NCBI GenBank assembly: GCA_041397885.1
Contig: JAWKVV010000002.1
Location: forward strand, 48,804-112,803
Length of the DNA: 64,000 nt
Source: Alphaproteobacteria bacterium
GTDB lineage: Bacteria; Pseudomonadota; Alphaproteobacteria; Micavibrionales; Micavibrionaceae
Direction: 5' to 3'
The first letter of the stretch is position 1. Each line of letters opens with the position of its first letter. Shown piece after piece: positions 16,826 to 25,867 of the stretch. The notes beneath the pieces were generated by a model, which did not search any database, was not told the DNA's origin, and was given only the letters and a program-made list of their open reading frames with translations. A program made the position numbers and the translations under genes.

Positions 16826-18191
16826 TGATGACATCGAAAATGATTTTGATACCGATGATTTCGATGATGGCGGTTTTGATGATTTAAATAGTCAAAAAGG
16901 CTCTCTTGGTGATTTATGGCGCAATAACCCTATTGTTAAAATCGGGATTATCGCCTTTGGCGTTATATTTCTTCTTGGGGGAATATTCTTATTTGGCGGT
17001 GAAGTTGATACTTTGCCTGAATCACAAATTTCACCAGTGCAAGATGTTACAGAAGCACCAGGTAAGGCTGAGATTTCAGAAACAATGAGACAGGCCGTTG
17101 AGGAAGAAACGGTCAGACGAACGGAAGAAGCTGTGCGAGGTCAGGGCAGTGCAATGCCAACACCTATTGATCCACCAAAAGGGGTTATTGGATTGCAGTT
17201 TGAAGAAGAAGAGGAGGAAGATCCTCTAGAACGTTGGCGCCGAATGCAGCAAGAAAGAATTGCACAGCAACAAATACAGGCGCCGAAAGTTGAACCGCAA
17301 GTTCCTGAACCTCCTCCTGTTGACACCAGAACACCTGCTATTAATGCGATGTCACAAGCGATGTCACAACAAATGGCAACCATTTTAGATGCTCAGGATT
17401 TTAATGGTCCGATTGTGAAGCAAGTGAGTGGTATTGATTACCTCGATATTTTGGCAGAAAAAGAGCAGGAAAAATTGGCCAAAAAACTAGAAATGGCCGC
17501 CGTGGCAGAGCAGCAGATTACAAATAGCGATGGTAATCAGGATTTAAATATTATTGTGCCTGCAGGTACAATTGAATATGCACAAATGATTACCGAGGCG
17601 AATACAGATGCGCCTGGACCTATATTGGCGCAAATTGTTTCAGGCCCGTTAAAGGGGGGTCGCATGATTGGTACGTTCCAGTCAACGGATCACTATTTGA
17701 CTTTAAATTTTAACACCGTTGTTTTGGATGGTATTGATTTTGCTGCTGAAGGGATTGCAATTGACCCTAACACCACTTTACCAGGAGTGGTGACAGATAT
17801 TGACAGACGTTACTTTACGAGGGTTTTGTTGCCTGCGGCGGCAGAATTTATTGAAGGTTTTACAGAAGCTATTGCTGATTCAGGGACAACAACAATCACC
17901 ATTAACGGGACATCAACAACGACAACGACATCTAACGCGAACACAACAAATGATCAAGAAGTGGCTTCGGGGATTGAAAAGGCAGGGGAAGAGATTGGTG
18001 AAATCTTAGGAAAAATCGCAGATGACACTAAACCTTTGCTGCGTGTAAGAGCAGGGACCCCTATAGGCATATTGTTTATATCACCTGTTGTGGGGACACC
18101 GCAGTTGTTGCAAAAACAAGAAGAGGAAGCGTTTGAGCGTGAGCGCGTTCTACAGCAACTTTCATCCCCCTTTAACTATCAACAACAGTAA
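16818..18191 (+). CDS. icmE: IcmE/DotG (TraO-like), short form with VirB10/TrbI-like C-terminal domain
   Basis: 457 aa: acidic N-terminus, one TM, a Pro/Gln-rich linker, then IIVPAGTIEYAQMITEANTDAPGPILAQIVSGPLKGGRMIGTF (VirB10/TrbI-like). The start overlaps the icmK stop by 8 nt. Confidence 0.65.
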   Translation: MSDDDIENDFDTDDFDDGGFDDLNSQKGSLGDLWRNNPIVKIGIIAFGVIFLLGGIFLFGGEVDTLPESQISPVQDVTEAPGKAEISETMRQAVEEETVRRTEEAVRGQGSAMPTPIDPPKGVIGLQFEEEEEEDPLERWRRMQQERIAQQQIQAPKVEPQVPEPPPVDTRTPAINAMSQAMSQQMATILDAQDFNGPIVKQVSGIDYLDILAEKEQEKLAKKLEMAAVAEQQITNSDGNQDLNIIVPAGTIEYAQMITEANTDAPGPILAQIVSGPLKGGRMIGTFQSTDHYLTLNFNTVVLDGIDFAAEGIAIDPNTTLPGVVTDIDRRYFTRVLLPAAAEFIEGFTEAIADSGTTTITINGTSTTTTTSNANTTNDQEVASGIEKAGEEIGEILGKIADDTKPLLRVRAGTPIGILFISPVVGTPQLLQKQEEEAFERERVLQQLSSPFNYQQQ

Positions 18192-18205
18192 TTTTAAGGA
18201 TAGAA

Positions 18206-19486
18206 ATGCAAAATCCAGAAGATGAAGAGATTGGCTTTGATGAAGAATTAATGGATGATTCTTATGATGCTGAATTTGATGATCAGTATGATGATTTTGG
18301 CGATGTTGAAGAAGGAGAGTGGGCGGAAGACCCCTATGAAGAAGAATTTGGTGATGCTGAGCCACTACCCCAAGAACAAAAAAAGAAAGCGGGCTTAAGT
18401 TTTAATACTATTGTCATTGGTGGCGCCGTTGTTTTGGGTTTGGGCGTTTTTGGATATCAGTTGATGACAACCAAACCCGTGAGTACTGGAACCAAATTTG
18501 CATCTGCTCTTAATATGAGCGGGGCAACAGACGGGCCCATTTTTGGTCAAGGTGAAGACCAAGGTCAAGACGCTGCGACAATAGAGCAGAAAAAATTATC
18601 TGAGCAGGAAGAAAAAAATAAAAGCGGATTTTTATTTGATCCAGAAGTTTTAGATTCTGTTGAGGGGGGCGAAGATTTGCCTATGCCCTCTGCTATTTCT
18701 CAAGTGTCAGAAGGTCAAGAAGATAAAGATGAAATTATTATCGACGACATTGAAGAGATGGGAACTAAAACAAGTCCCGAGTTTGTCGCGGCGGTGGAAC
18801 CCCCTGTAACACAAGCTCCTGTTTTGGAACAGCCAATGGAGCAAGTGGACACAAACGATTCAAAAGCAGATGAAATTATTATTGAAGAGGAAGAGGTTTC
18901 GGAGCCTTCTCTTTCTTTGCAACAAAGTCTTCAAGTTGAGGAAACCTCAAAAGAGGAGGCTGCCCCCGTTGTAGAAGAAATGGTTATAACAACGCCACAG
19001 CCTGATACGAAGACTGAAACTGTCAGTATAGGCGCGACCCCTGCTTTATCAGCGGCGGATATGACAACAATTGAAAAGAAACTAGATATGATTGTAAGCC
19101 GTCTTGATCGCGTTGAATCGCAAATGGCTGAAGTTAAAGAGGCCAATAATTCAGAAGTTGATACGATTTCTAAAAGCGTCAAAGATTTGAAAAAAGAGGT
19201 GGCTAATCTAGCTATAACAAAACCAGCCGCACCAGTGAAAACAGTTAAGAAAGCTGATCCTGCTCCCAAAGTGGCAACTTCCAAACCCTCTTCATCGAAT
19301 AGTAAAGTGACATGGGAACTGCGCGCGGCGCAGCCTGGCAAGGCTTGGGTCTCTAAAGCAGGGCAGAAAGAACTGACCCCTGTTACAGTGGGGGATGATC
19401 TGTCTGGTATTGGTCGTATTACGAGTATTACTTATGTTTCAAATCGGTGGATTGTGCAGGGGACTTCAGGGAAAATTACTCAATAA
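18206..19486 (+). CDS. icmG: IcmG/DotF (TraP-like) T4BSS protein, extended form
   Basis: 426 aa: very acidic N-terminus, single TM (FNTIVIGGAVVLGLGVFGY), an acidic/coiled-coil region, and C-terminal WELRAAQPGKAWVSKAGQKELTPVTVGDDLSGIGRITSI...WIVQGTSGKI as in DotF. Position is after icmE. Confidence 0.5.
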   Translation: MQNPEDEEIGFDEELMDDSYDAEFDDQYDDFGDVEEGEWAEDPYEEEFGDAEPLPQEQKKKAGLSFNTIVIGGAVVLGLGVFGYQLMTTKPVSTGTKFASALNMSGATDGPIFGQGEDQGQDAATIEQKKLSEQEEKNKSGFLFDPEVLDSVEGGEDLPMPSAISQVSEGQEDKDEIIIDDIEEMGTKTSPEFVAAVEPPVTQAPVLEQPMEQVDTNDSKADEIIIEEEEVSEPSLSLQQSLQVEETSKEEAAPVVEEMVITTPQPDTKTETVSIGATPALSAADMTTIEKKLDMIVSRLDRVESQMAEVKEANNSEVDTISKSVKDLKKEVANLAITKPAAPVKTVKKADPAPKVATSKPSSSNSKVTWELRAAQPGKAWVSKAGQKELTPVTVGDDLSGIGRITSITYVSNRWIVQGTSGKITQ

Positions 19487-19775
19487 AAAGGGTGGTTTTT
19501 TCAAAGAATTCAGCTTTATGACACAAATCATGACAAGATAGAGGCAAAAAAATCCATTTAAAATCAATATGTTAAATAATATATTTTTTCAAATGTGTCA
19601 AAAATTTGACATGTTTGTCTAAATTGTGTTCTAATATAATTATAGCTAGTTGAATATATCTGTTTTTAAAATTCGGCGAAAATCGCAATAAGTTTTAAAA
19701 TAAGGTATATTTATATTAGAGGTGAACTGGACGAGAATTTTTTGAAGAGTTTAAATTTTTTTAAAGGAGACTAAA

Positions 19776-20168
19776 ATGATTAAATTTATGAGAGAAAAAA
19801 GCTTAAAAGTGAGTGCGATTGCAATCGCAGGGGTTATGTGTGGGGCAGATAGTGCTTCTGCGCAGCAAGACTTGAGTACAATTGCGACGAACATTACAAC
19901 ATCTATTCAGACCATTCCTGGACTTTTGACTGGTGTTTCATATATGCTTGGTATTCTTCTTGGTGTTCTTGGTATCTTGAAAATCAAAGACCACGTTGAA
20001 AACCCAACACAAACACCACTGCAACACGGCGCTATTCGTTTGATGGCTGGTGGCGGATTATTTGCCCTTCCTATCGTATACGAAGCAATGCAAACAAGTA
20101 TTGGTGCTGGTGCCGGTCCTGCTGCGATTACTGTTAACAAAGTGGGTACAAGCTACACTCTTAACTAA
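19776..20168 (+). CDS. IcmC/IcmD (DotE/DotP, TraQ-like) family small membrane protein
   Basis: 130 aa with a signal-like N-terminus and two TM helices flanking KIKDHVENPTQTPL. GGAG RBS. Occupies the icmC/icmD slot between icmG and icmJ. Paralogous to the N-terminus of 25868-26854. Confidence 0.5.
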   Translation: MIKFMREKSLKVSAIAIAGVMCGADSASAQQDLSTIATNITTSIQTIPGLLTGVSYMLGILLGVLGILKIKDHVENPTQTPLQHGAIRLMAGGGLFALPIVYEAMQTSIGAGAGPAAITVNKVGTSYTLN

Positions 20169-20173
20169 TCCGT

Positions 20174-20872
20174 ATGGCAAAAAAGCATTCTATTACATTG
20201 GGCATCGCGCAGGAAACGCGCGGTGCTCAAGTCTTTTCAGAGAATTTTATAAGAACTCCCCTACCTGCCGAAGTTCGGCAGAAAATTTTGACGCGTGATA
20301 ATCATGTCTGTCAGATTTGTGGTTTTACGGCTCAAAAATATCAAGACGTACATTGCATTGATGGAGATGAAAGTAACATACAGACCAATAATCTGATAAC
20401 GGCCTGTATTTTTTGCCATCAATGTTTTGATCTGGAAAAAGTGGCTGAAATGCGCTCAGGGGTTTTGATTTGGCTGCCAGAGATAGAACAGGCGGATTTA
20501 CACCATATTGCACGGGCTATCTATGTTGCACGTATTTCACAAGGCTCTATGGCCGAAACAGCGAAGAAGGCCTTGGAGGTTCTAATGAAGCGCCGTGAAG
20601 AGGCGAAAGCGCGCTTAAAAACTGACGATCCATACGTCTTATCCATGGTTATGCGGGATTTCTTAGGGCCGCGGCAATATGCTATGCGGGAAAAAAAGCT
20701 TGATGGTATTCGCCTTTTTCCTCTGGATCGCCGGATTATTAAGGAAGGTGATTTGGAATTTAACCAATTTCCCCAGATTTTGGCATACTGGCGTTCCAAA
20801 GATGGGCCATTTGGAGGGAAAGTGCCAAATAAGTGGAAAAACTTTTATGCTGAAATTTCACAGGCTGCATAA
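20174..20872 (+). CDS. icmJ: IcmJ/DotN (TraT-like) zinc-binding T4BSS coupling-complex protein
   Basis: 232 aa. Cys/His cluster HVCQICGF...HCIDGD...ACIFCHQCF fits the DotN zinc site. Lies immediately upstream of icmB. Confidence 0.6.
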   Translation: MAKKHSITLGIAQETRGAQVFSENFIRTPLPAEVRQKILTRDNHVCQICGFTAQKYQDVHCIDGDESNIQTNNLITACIFCHQCFDLEKVAEMRSGVLIWLPEIEQADLHHIARAIYVARISQGSMAETAKKALEVLMKRREEAKARLKTDDPYVLSMVMRDFLGPRQYAMREKKLDGIRLFPLDRRIIKEGDLEFNQFPQILAYWRSKDGPFGGKVPNKWKNFYAEISQAA

Positions 20873-21002
20873 ATTTTAAATTTGCCCGTTATTTCCCTGT
20901 TCTAACTGTTGATTACCCAACAAAATTGCAATTTTTTCTATATTCTGTGCCTAATGTATAATACCTTATTGAAGGTATTTATTTGGACGAAAATCTTAAT
21001 TT

Positions 21003-24000
21003 ATGAAATTTTTAGATAAAATTCTCTCTCCTTTCCAAGTTGCGATGAAGCAATCCTTGGAAAGCTATATCCGTTTAGAAACGTCAGATAATGAAGAAAC
21101 TCTGGCTGCTTCGGATGGGTCTTTGTTGACCTATGTCCGTATTCACGGAAACAGACAGTTGGTGGGGGAAGAGGAGTACGCCCATTTGATTGAGGGGGCG
21201 ACGATTAAAATTGGTTCACGTTTTGACCGTCAGGGGCATGCCTGTCAGGTTTATTTTGTGCGTGACCCTGAACGTATCTCAAGACATTTGGAAGATTTGA
21301 TGCGGCCATCGCGCCAGACAGCGATTGATACAGGTTTGGCCGTTGCCGATATTTTTGACGAACGCGTTCGTCACTTGTCCCGTTATCTATCTTATGAAGA
21401 ATGTTATTTTGTTTTATGGACGCGTCCGTCGATCTTAACCAAAAATGAGATGAGTCGTGCTATCAAAGAATCCCGCAATAAAAAATGGGTTAATGCAGGT
21501 CAGGCACAGTATCCTCTTGCGGCTATTGATGCTTTAAGAACGCGTCATAGAAGTTTTATCGCTTCTGTCATGTCATCAATTGACGAGCTTGGAATGGCGG
21601 GTGAGGTTTTGAATGTGCATGATGGTCTCAGAGCGGTTAAAAACAATCTATATCCATCAAAGTCGCATGAAAATTGGCAGGCGTGCTTACCAGGTGATGT
21701 GATGCCGCCGCGCGCACCGATGAGTAAAAATGATTTATCTGACATTTTGTGGCCACCACTCAAACAGCAATTGGCACTGGCTGATGCACAAATCATTAAT
21801 GAATCCTTGGTTCGGATTGGAGACAAAATTTGGGGTGGTGCTGATATTACCTTAGCGCCAATGGATCCTAGTCCATTTCCGATGCTGCTCAATCGTTTGT
21901 TCGATGCCAAAGTCCCCTACCGTATTTCCTTTTTGATTGAAGGAGGTGGGGCGTACAGTATTGGCCTACGCGCCTTTGCTGCAACAATTTTGGGTGTTAC
22001 AAACGCCCTAAACAAACAGATTAAATATTCTTTAGAAGGTTTACAGCGCCTTGCCCGTAAAGAACCTGTTGTCCGTTTGCGGGTTTCGATGGCAACCTGG
22101 GCGCCGCAAGATAATATTAAACTCGCTCAAGATCGTCTTTCTAATTTGGTTCAGGCGGTTGAAAGTTGGGGATACTGTCAGGTTAGTGAGTTTTCAGGAG
22201 ATCCTTTGGATTCTGTGATGTCTTCGGCAATGGGGATTCATTGCTCAGGAACGGCGCCCGCCGCTATTGCTCCAATGTATGAAGTCATGAAACTGATGCC
22301 GTGGCAACGGCCGTCTTCACCCTTTGAAAAAGGCGCAATGCTTTTTAGAACGCCAGATGGAAAGGTATGGCCATATCAAACAGGCACAAACGTTACCACA
22401 ACATGGTTTGATTTGATATTCGCGCAACCTGGGGCGGGTAAATCTGTTTTGATGAACTCTATTAATATGGCGTGCTGTCTCAGCCCAGGGATACAAAAAT
22501 TACCTTATATCGCTATTATTGATATCGGCCCTTCATCGGCAGGGATGATTTCCTTGATTAAAGAAGGATTGCCAGAAGAAAGACAGTATGAAGCGGAACA
22601 TTATCGTCTGCGTATGACGCAGGAATACGCTGTAAATCCTTTCGATACTCAATTGGGATGTCGTTATCCTTTGATTGATGAACGGGCTTATCTCGTTGAG
22701 CTTTTGACATTGCTTTGTACACCGCCAGGGGCAGAACGTCCGTATGACGGTATTCAGCAGCTTGCAGGTCTTGTTGTTGATGAAATGTTTCGTTGGCGTG
22801 ATGATTCTGCAGCGAATGCAGAACCTCGGCCTTATCTGGCACGTCTTGATAAGGAAGTTGATGAAGCCATTCAAAAATACAATATCCATTTACCCGTTGA
22901 TCCATATTGGTGGGATGTTGTGGATCGTCTTTATGATGCAGGCGAAATTAAAATGGCGATTAAGGCGCAGCGTTATACAACACCAACATTGTCTGATGCG
23001 GTGACGGCGTCCAGACGTCCCCAAATTCGGTCTTTATTAGAACAAACATCTGTGGGAATGACGACAGAGAATATTATCAATGCCTTTGAACGGATGATTA
23101 CATCCGCTATTCGGGAGTTTCCTATTTTGTCAGGAGTAACGCAGTTCGATGTGTCACGGGCGCGTATCTGTGCGTTAGACTTGATGGATGTTTCTCCTCA
23201 AGGGGATGACACAGCGGATAGACAAACCGCTATTATGTACATGCTTGCTCGCCGTATCATGGTGAGTAACTGGTGGATCGGTCCTGAGATGATTAGCTCT
23301 ATCCCCGATAAATATAGAGCATGGCACGAGCTGAGACTTCAAGATATTATGGAGACACCAAAGCGTCTTTGTTATGACGAGTTTCACCGTACCAATGGGT
23401 CTTACTCAGTAAGGGCGCAAGTGATCAGGGATGTTCGTGAGGGCCGGAAACGGGGTGTTCAAATTGCACTGTCATCACAACTTTTAGATGACTTTGACGA
23501 CAACATGATCGACTTGGCTACAGGTGTTTGGGTTTTAGGGGCAGCAATTTCAGATCAGGCTGTCGATAATATTCGTGATCGGTTCGGTTTATCAGAAACG
23601 GCGAGAAGTGTTATTCGTCACAAATTGACAGGTCCGAAGGCCATCGGGGCGCCTGCCTTGCTTGTTTTAGGAACGGTTGATGGCCGGTATGAACAACATC
23701 TTTATAACACCTTGGGCCCTATTGAGCTTTGGGCGCTATCAACTTCTTCGGAAGACGTTGCTATTCGTTCCCGTCTTTATGATATTTTAGGAGCGCACCG
23801 TGCCCGTCAAATGCTGGCTGCAAACTTCCCTGGCGGTAGTGCCCGCGGCGAAATTAAACGCCGTATTATTGATTTAGCAGAAAAGGGTGAAACACGTTCC
23901 GCAGCCTTAAGTGCGGTTATTGATTCTATTGTAGGTGAATTGGTCACAGCAAGTAAGACGACACTGGATAAAGCGCCACCACCAACAGATCCACGGGCAC

Positions 24001-24065
24001 ACATCAAAGAAGCAAAAAATCAAAATGTTCAGGCAGATGAATCAAAAGAGGCCGTGAATGAATGA
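21003..24065 (+). CDS. icmB: IcmB/DotO (TraU-like) T4BSS ATPase
   Basis: 1020 aa, about the size of Legionella IcmB. Walker A FAQPGAGKSVLMN. Position is after icmJ, as in all T4BSS loci. Confidence 0.8.
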   Translation: MKFLDKILSPFQVAMKQSLESYIRLETSDNEETLAASDGSLLTYVRIHGNRQLVGEEEYAHLIEGATIKIGSRFDRQGHACQVYFVRDPERISRHLEDLMRPSRQTAIDTGLAVADIFDERVRHLSRYLSYEECYFVLWTRPSILTKNEMSRAIKESRNKKWVNAGQAQYPLAAIDALRTRHRSFIASVMSSIDELGMAGEVLNVHDGLRAVKNNLYPSKSHENWQACLPGDVMPPRAPMSKNDLSDILWPPLKQQLALADAQIINESLVRIGDKIWGGADITLAPMDPSPFPMLLNRLFDAKVPYRISFLIEGGGAYSIGLRAFAATILGVTNALNKQIKYSLEGLQRLARKEPVVRLRVSMATWAPQDNIKLAQDRLSNLVQAVESWGYCQVSEFSGDPLDSVMSSAMGIHCSGTAPAAIAPMYEVMKLMPWQRPSSPFEKGAMLFRTPDGKVWPYQTGTNVTTTWFDLIFAQPGAGKSVLMNSINMACCLSPGIQKLPYIAIIDIGPSSAGMISLIKEGLPEERQYEAEHYRLRMTQEYAVNPFDTQLGCRYPLIDERAYLVELLTLLCTPPGAERPYDGIQQLAGLVVDEMFRWRDDSAANAEPRPYLARLDKEVDEAIQKYNIHLPVDPYWWDVVDRLYDAGEIKMAIKAQRYTTPTLSDAVTASRRPQIRSLLEQTSVGMTTENIINAFERMITSAIREFPILSGVTQFDVSRARICALDLMDVSPQGDDTADRQTAIMYMLARRIMVSNWWIGPEMISSIPDKYRAWHELRLQDIMETPKRLCYDEFHRTNGSYSVRAQVIRDVREGRKRGVQIALSSQLLDDFDDNMIDLATGVWVLGAAISDQAVDNIRDRFGLSETARSVIRHKLTGPKAIGAPALLVLGTVDGRYEQHLYNTLGPIELWALSTSSEDVAIRSRLYDILGAHRARQMLAANFPGGSARGEIKRRIIDLAEKGETRSAALSAVIDSIVGELVTASKTTLDKAPPPTDPRAHIKEAKNQNVQADESKEAVNE

Positions 24066-24579
24066 CGGCTTAAAAAAAAATAATCTCGCCTCTTTAAAAG
24101 AAAAATTATTTGGAACACAAGGCCTTATTACAGGCAGCGTTATATTTGGATTGTTATTTATAATTGTCATTATTTTTCAATCTTGTGCGCCCAGAAAAGG
24201 AACTATTTTATATGGTTTATGCAGCGCTTTTTTGGAGCAGCAGATTCCTTTTCCTGAAACAATTAAACACACATCTGTCGAACAATATCCGAAGGCGGTC
24301 AGAATATACTTCACGTATATTGATGGCTTTGGTCAGTATCAATTTGAAATGACGGAGTGTTCTTTTAAAAACGATGCCCAAAATAATATTCTGCTAGATC
24401 GTGTTTTCTTTAATTATATCAAAGACATAACAGAAAAAGAACGTGTGGCGGGTAAGGGTAGGCTTTACGAAGTAAAGAAAGATAGTATTGATTTGTTTAA
24501 CCGTTCTCAATCCCCTGCGGTTATTATCTCTCAAGATCCTGATCTTAGTTTGCCCAGCAGAGGCCAAATCCGTTTTTAA
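24058..24579 (+). CDS. Hypothetical single-TM protein translationally coupled to icmB
   Basis: 173 aa with a TM helix ITGSVIFGLLFIIVIIF. The start overlaps the icmB stop (ATGAATGA). It occupies the slot of traV in IncI1. No motif recognised. Confidence 0.5.
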   Translation: MNDGLKKNNLASLKEKLFGTQGLITGSVIFGLLFIIVIIFQSCAPRKGTILYGLCSAFLEQQIPFPETIKHTSVEQYPKAVRIYFTYIDGFGQYQFEMTECSFKNDAQNNILLDRVFFNYIKDITEKERVAGKGRLYEVKKDSIDLFNRSQSPAVIISQDPDLSLPSRGQIRF

Positions 24580-25817
24580 ATTTTTCCTTCTTTGATAATT
24601 TTGGGAACATGTCCTGATAGCCCCATCATCTGTTTGGTGATTATTTTTTTTGCAGGTTTTATTTTTCCAAAAAAACTTAAACCTGTTTTTCGAGATAGCT
24701 TTACAATCGAATTGTTATTCGAAAATAAAGAATTTAAATTATGTGTTACACCAATCATCAAACGATTGTCAGTTATTCTATTTTTTTGATAAATGTTGAG
24801 TAAAATTTTTGATCCAAAGTCAGAATTTTCCTTTCGCGCTTGTAAGATTAAATCGGTTAACTCTGCAACATCCCTTAATCCTAAATTTAAGCCTTGTCCC
24901 GCAATGGGATGAATTCCATGGGCAGCATCACCAATTAAGGCGCAGCGGGGCGCTATATAGTGATGGGCATGTATCAATCCTAAGGGGTAGGCAAAACGCT
25001 CAGTGGATTGAATGATTTGCCCATATCTTTGTGGGAAACGCTGTCTTAAAGCCATCAGGTATGTTTGGTTGTCCAAATCCATAATGGATTCTTTTGTTCC
25101 TTTTTCTTCTGTCCAAACGATGGAAGAGCGATGATTTCCATGGGAATCATTAAGCATGGGTAAAATTGCAAAAGGCCCATTTGATCGAAAATTTTCGACA
25201 GCAATGTTGTTATGATTATTTTCATGAGTCACAATCGACACAATGGCTCGTTGTTTGTAATCGTGCTCATCGGCTTCAATATGCATGGATTGTCTTGTAA
25301 AAGACTGCCGGCCATCTGCACCAATAATTAAAGAAGCTTCATACTTGTTATTTTCGTCTGTTTGAACAGAAATAAAATGATCTGAACATTCAAATTTTTG
25401 GGCGGATTGGCCATGGATAAGAGTTATATTTTCTTCTTCTTTTATCGCAGATAGAAGGATATTTCTTATATTAAAATTCTCAACAACCCATCCAAATCCT
25501 TCTGCTTTTGATGCGTCAACATCTTCTTTCAGGTTAAATTGTAAAAGAAGAGAAGAATTACCATCATTGACATGAATATCTTGAATGGGACAAGCGTAGG
25601 GCTCTAGCGAATTCCAGATTTTTGCGGCCTTCATTAACTGGTGAGATCCATAAGAAATAACAGTTGTTCTGAGGTTGACCGCGGAATGGGATTGAGCTTC
25701 TTCTTTTTCTTTATCAAGGCAAATAACAGATACGCCATTTTGCCCTAAGATTAACGCTTGAGTTAGGCCCGCCAAACCACCGCCAATAATAACAACATCT
25801 GCGCTTGTTTTTTTCAT
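24576..25817 (-). CDS. UbiH/UbiF/Coq6-family FAD-dependent ubiquinone-biosynthesis hydroxylase
   Basis: DVVIIGGGLAGL dinucleotide-binding motif and GDAAHGIHPIAGQGLNLGLRDV. I chose the ATG at 25817 (AGGAG RBS) rather than 25853. Confidence 0.75.
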   Translation of the reverse strand: MKKTSADVVIIGGGLAGLTQALILGQNGVSVICLDKEKEEAQSHSAVNLRTTVISYGSHQLMKAAKIWNSLEPYACPIQDIHVNDGNSSLLLQFNLKEDVDASKAEGFGWVVENFNIRNILLSAIKEEENITLIHGQSAQKFECSDHFISVQTDENNKYEASLIIGADGRQSFTRQSMHIEADEHDYKQRAIVSIVTHENNHNNIAVENFRSNGPFAILPMLNDSHGNHRSSIVWTEEKGTKESIMDLDNQTYLMALRQRFPQRYGQIIQSTERFAYPLGLIHAHHYIAPRCALIGDAAHGIHPIAGQGLNLGLRDVAELTDLILQARKENSDFGSKILLNIYQKNRITDNRLMIGVTHNLNSLFSNNNSIVKLSRKTGLSFFGKIKPAKKIITKQMMGLSGHVPKIIKEGKI

Positions 25818-25867
25818 GATAGTTACTCCTAACATAGAGTTTTGGAGTAACAAAATAATTTTATAAT

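Noticed and set aside
18162-18365. His/Gln-rich 67-aa minus-strand ORF across the icmE-icmG junction. A related case is 17141-17383, which is Cys/Ser-rich.
   Set aside because: It is antisense to acidic or Gln-rich low-complexity coding sequence of icmE and icmG. There are no independent signals.
19606-19640. Sigma-70 promoter TTGACA ... TATAAT in the 290-bp AT-rich gap upstream of the IcmC/D-like gene.
   Set aside because: The spacer between the perfect hexamers is 23 nt, which is too long. An alternative TG-extended TCTAAT at 18-nt spacing is weak. In such AT-rich DNA the match is not distinguishable from chance.
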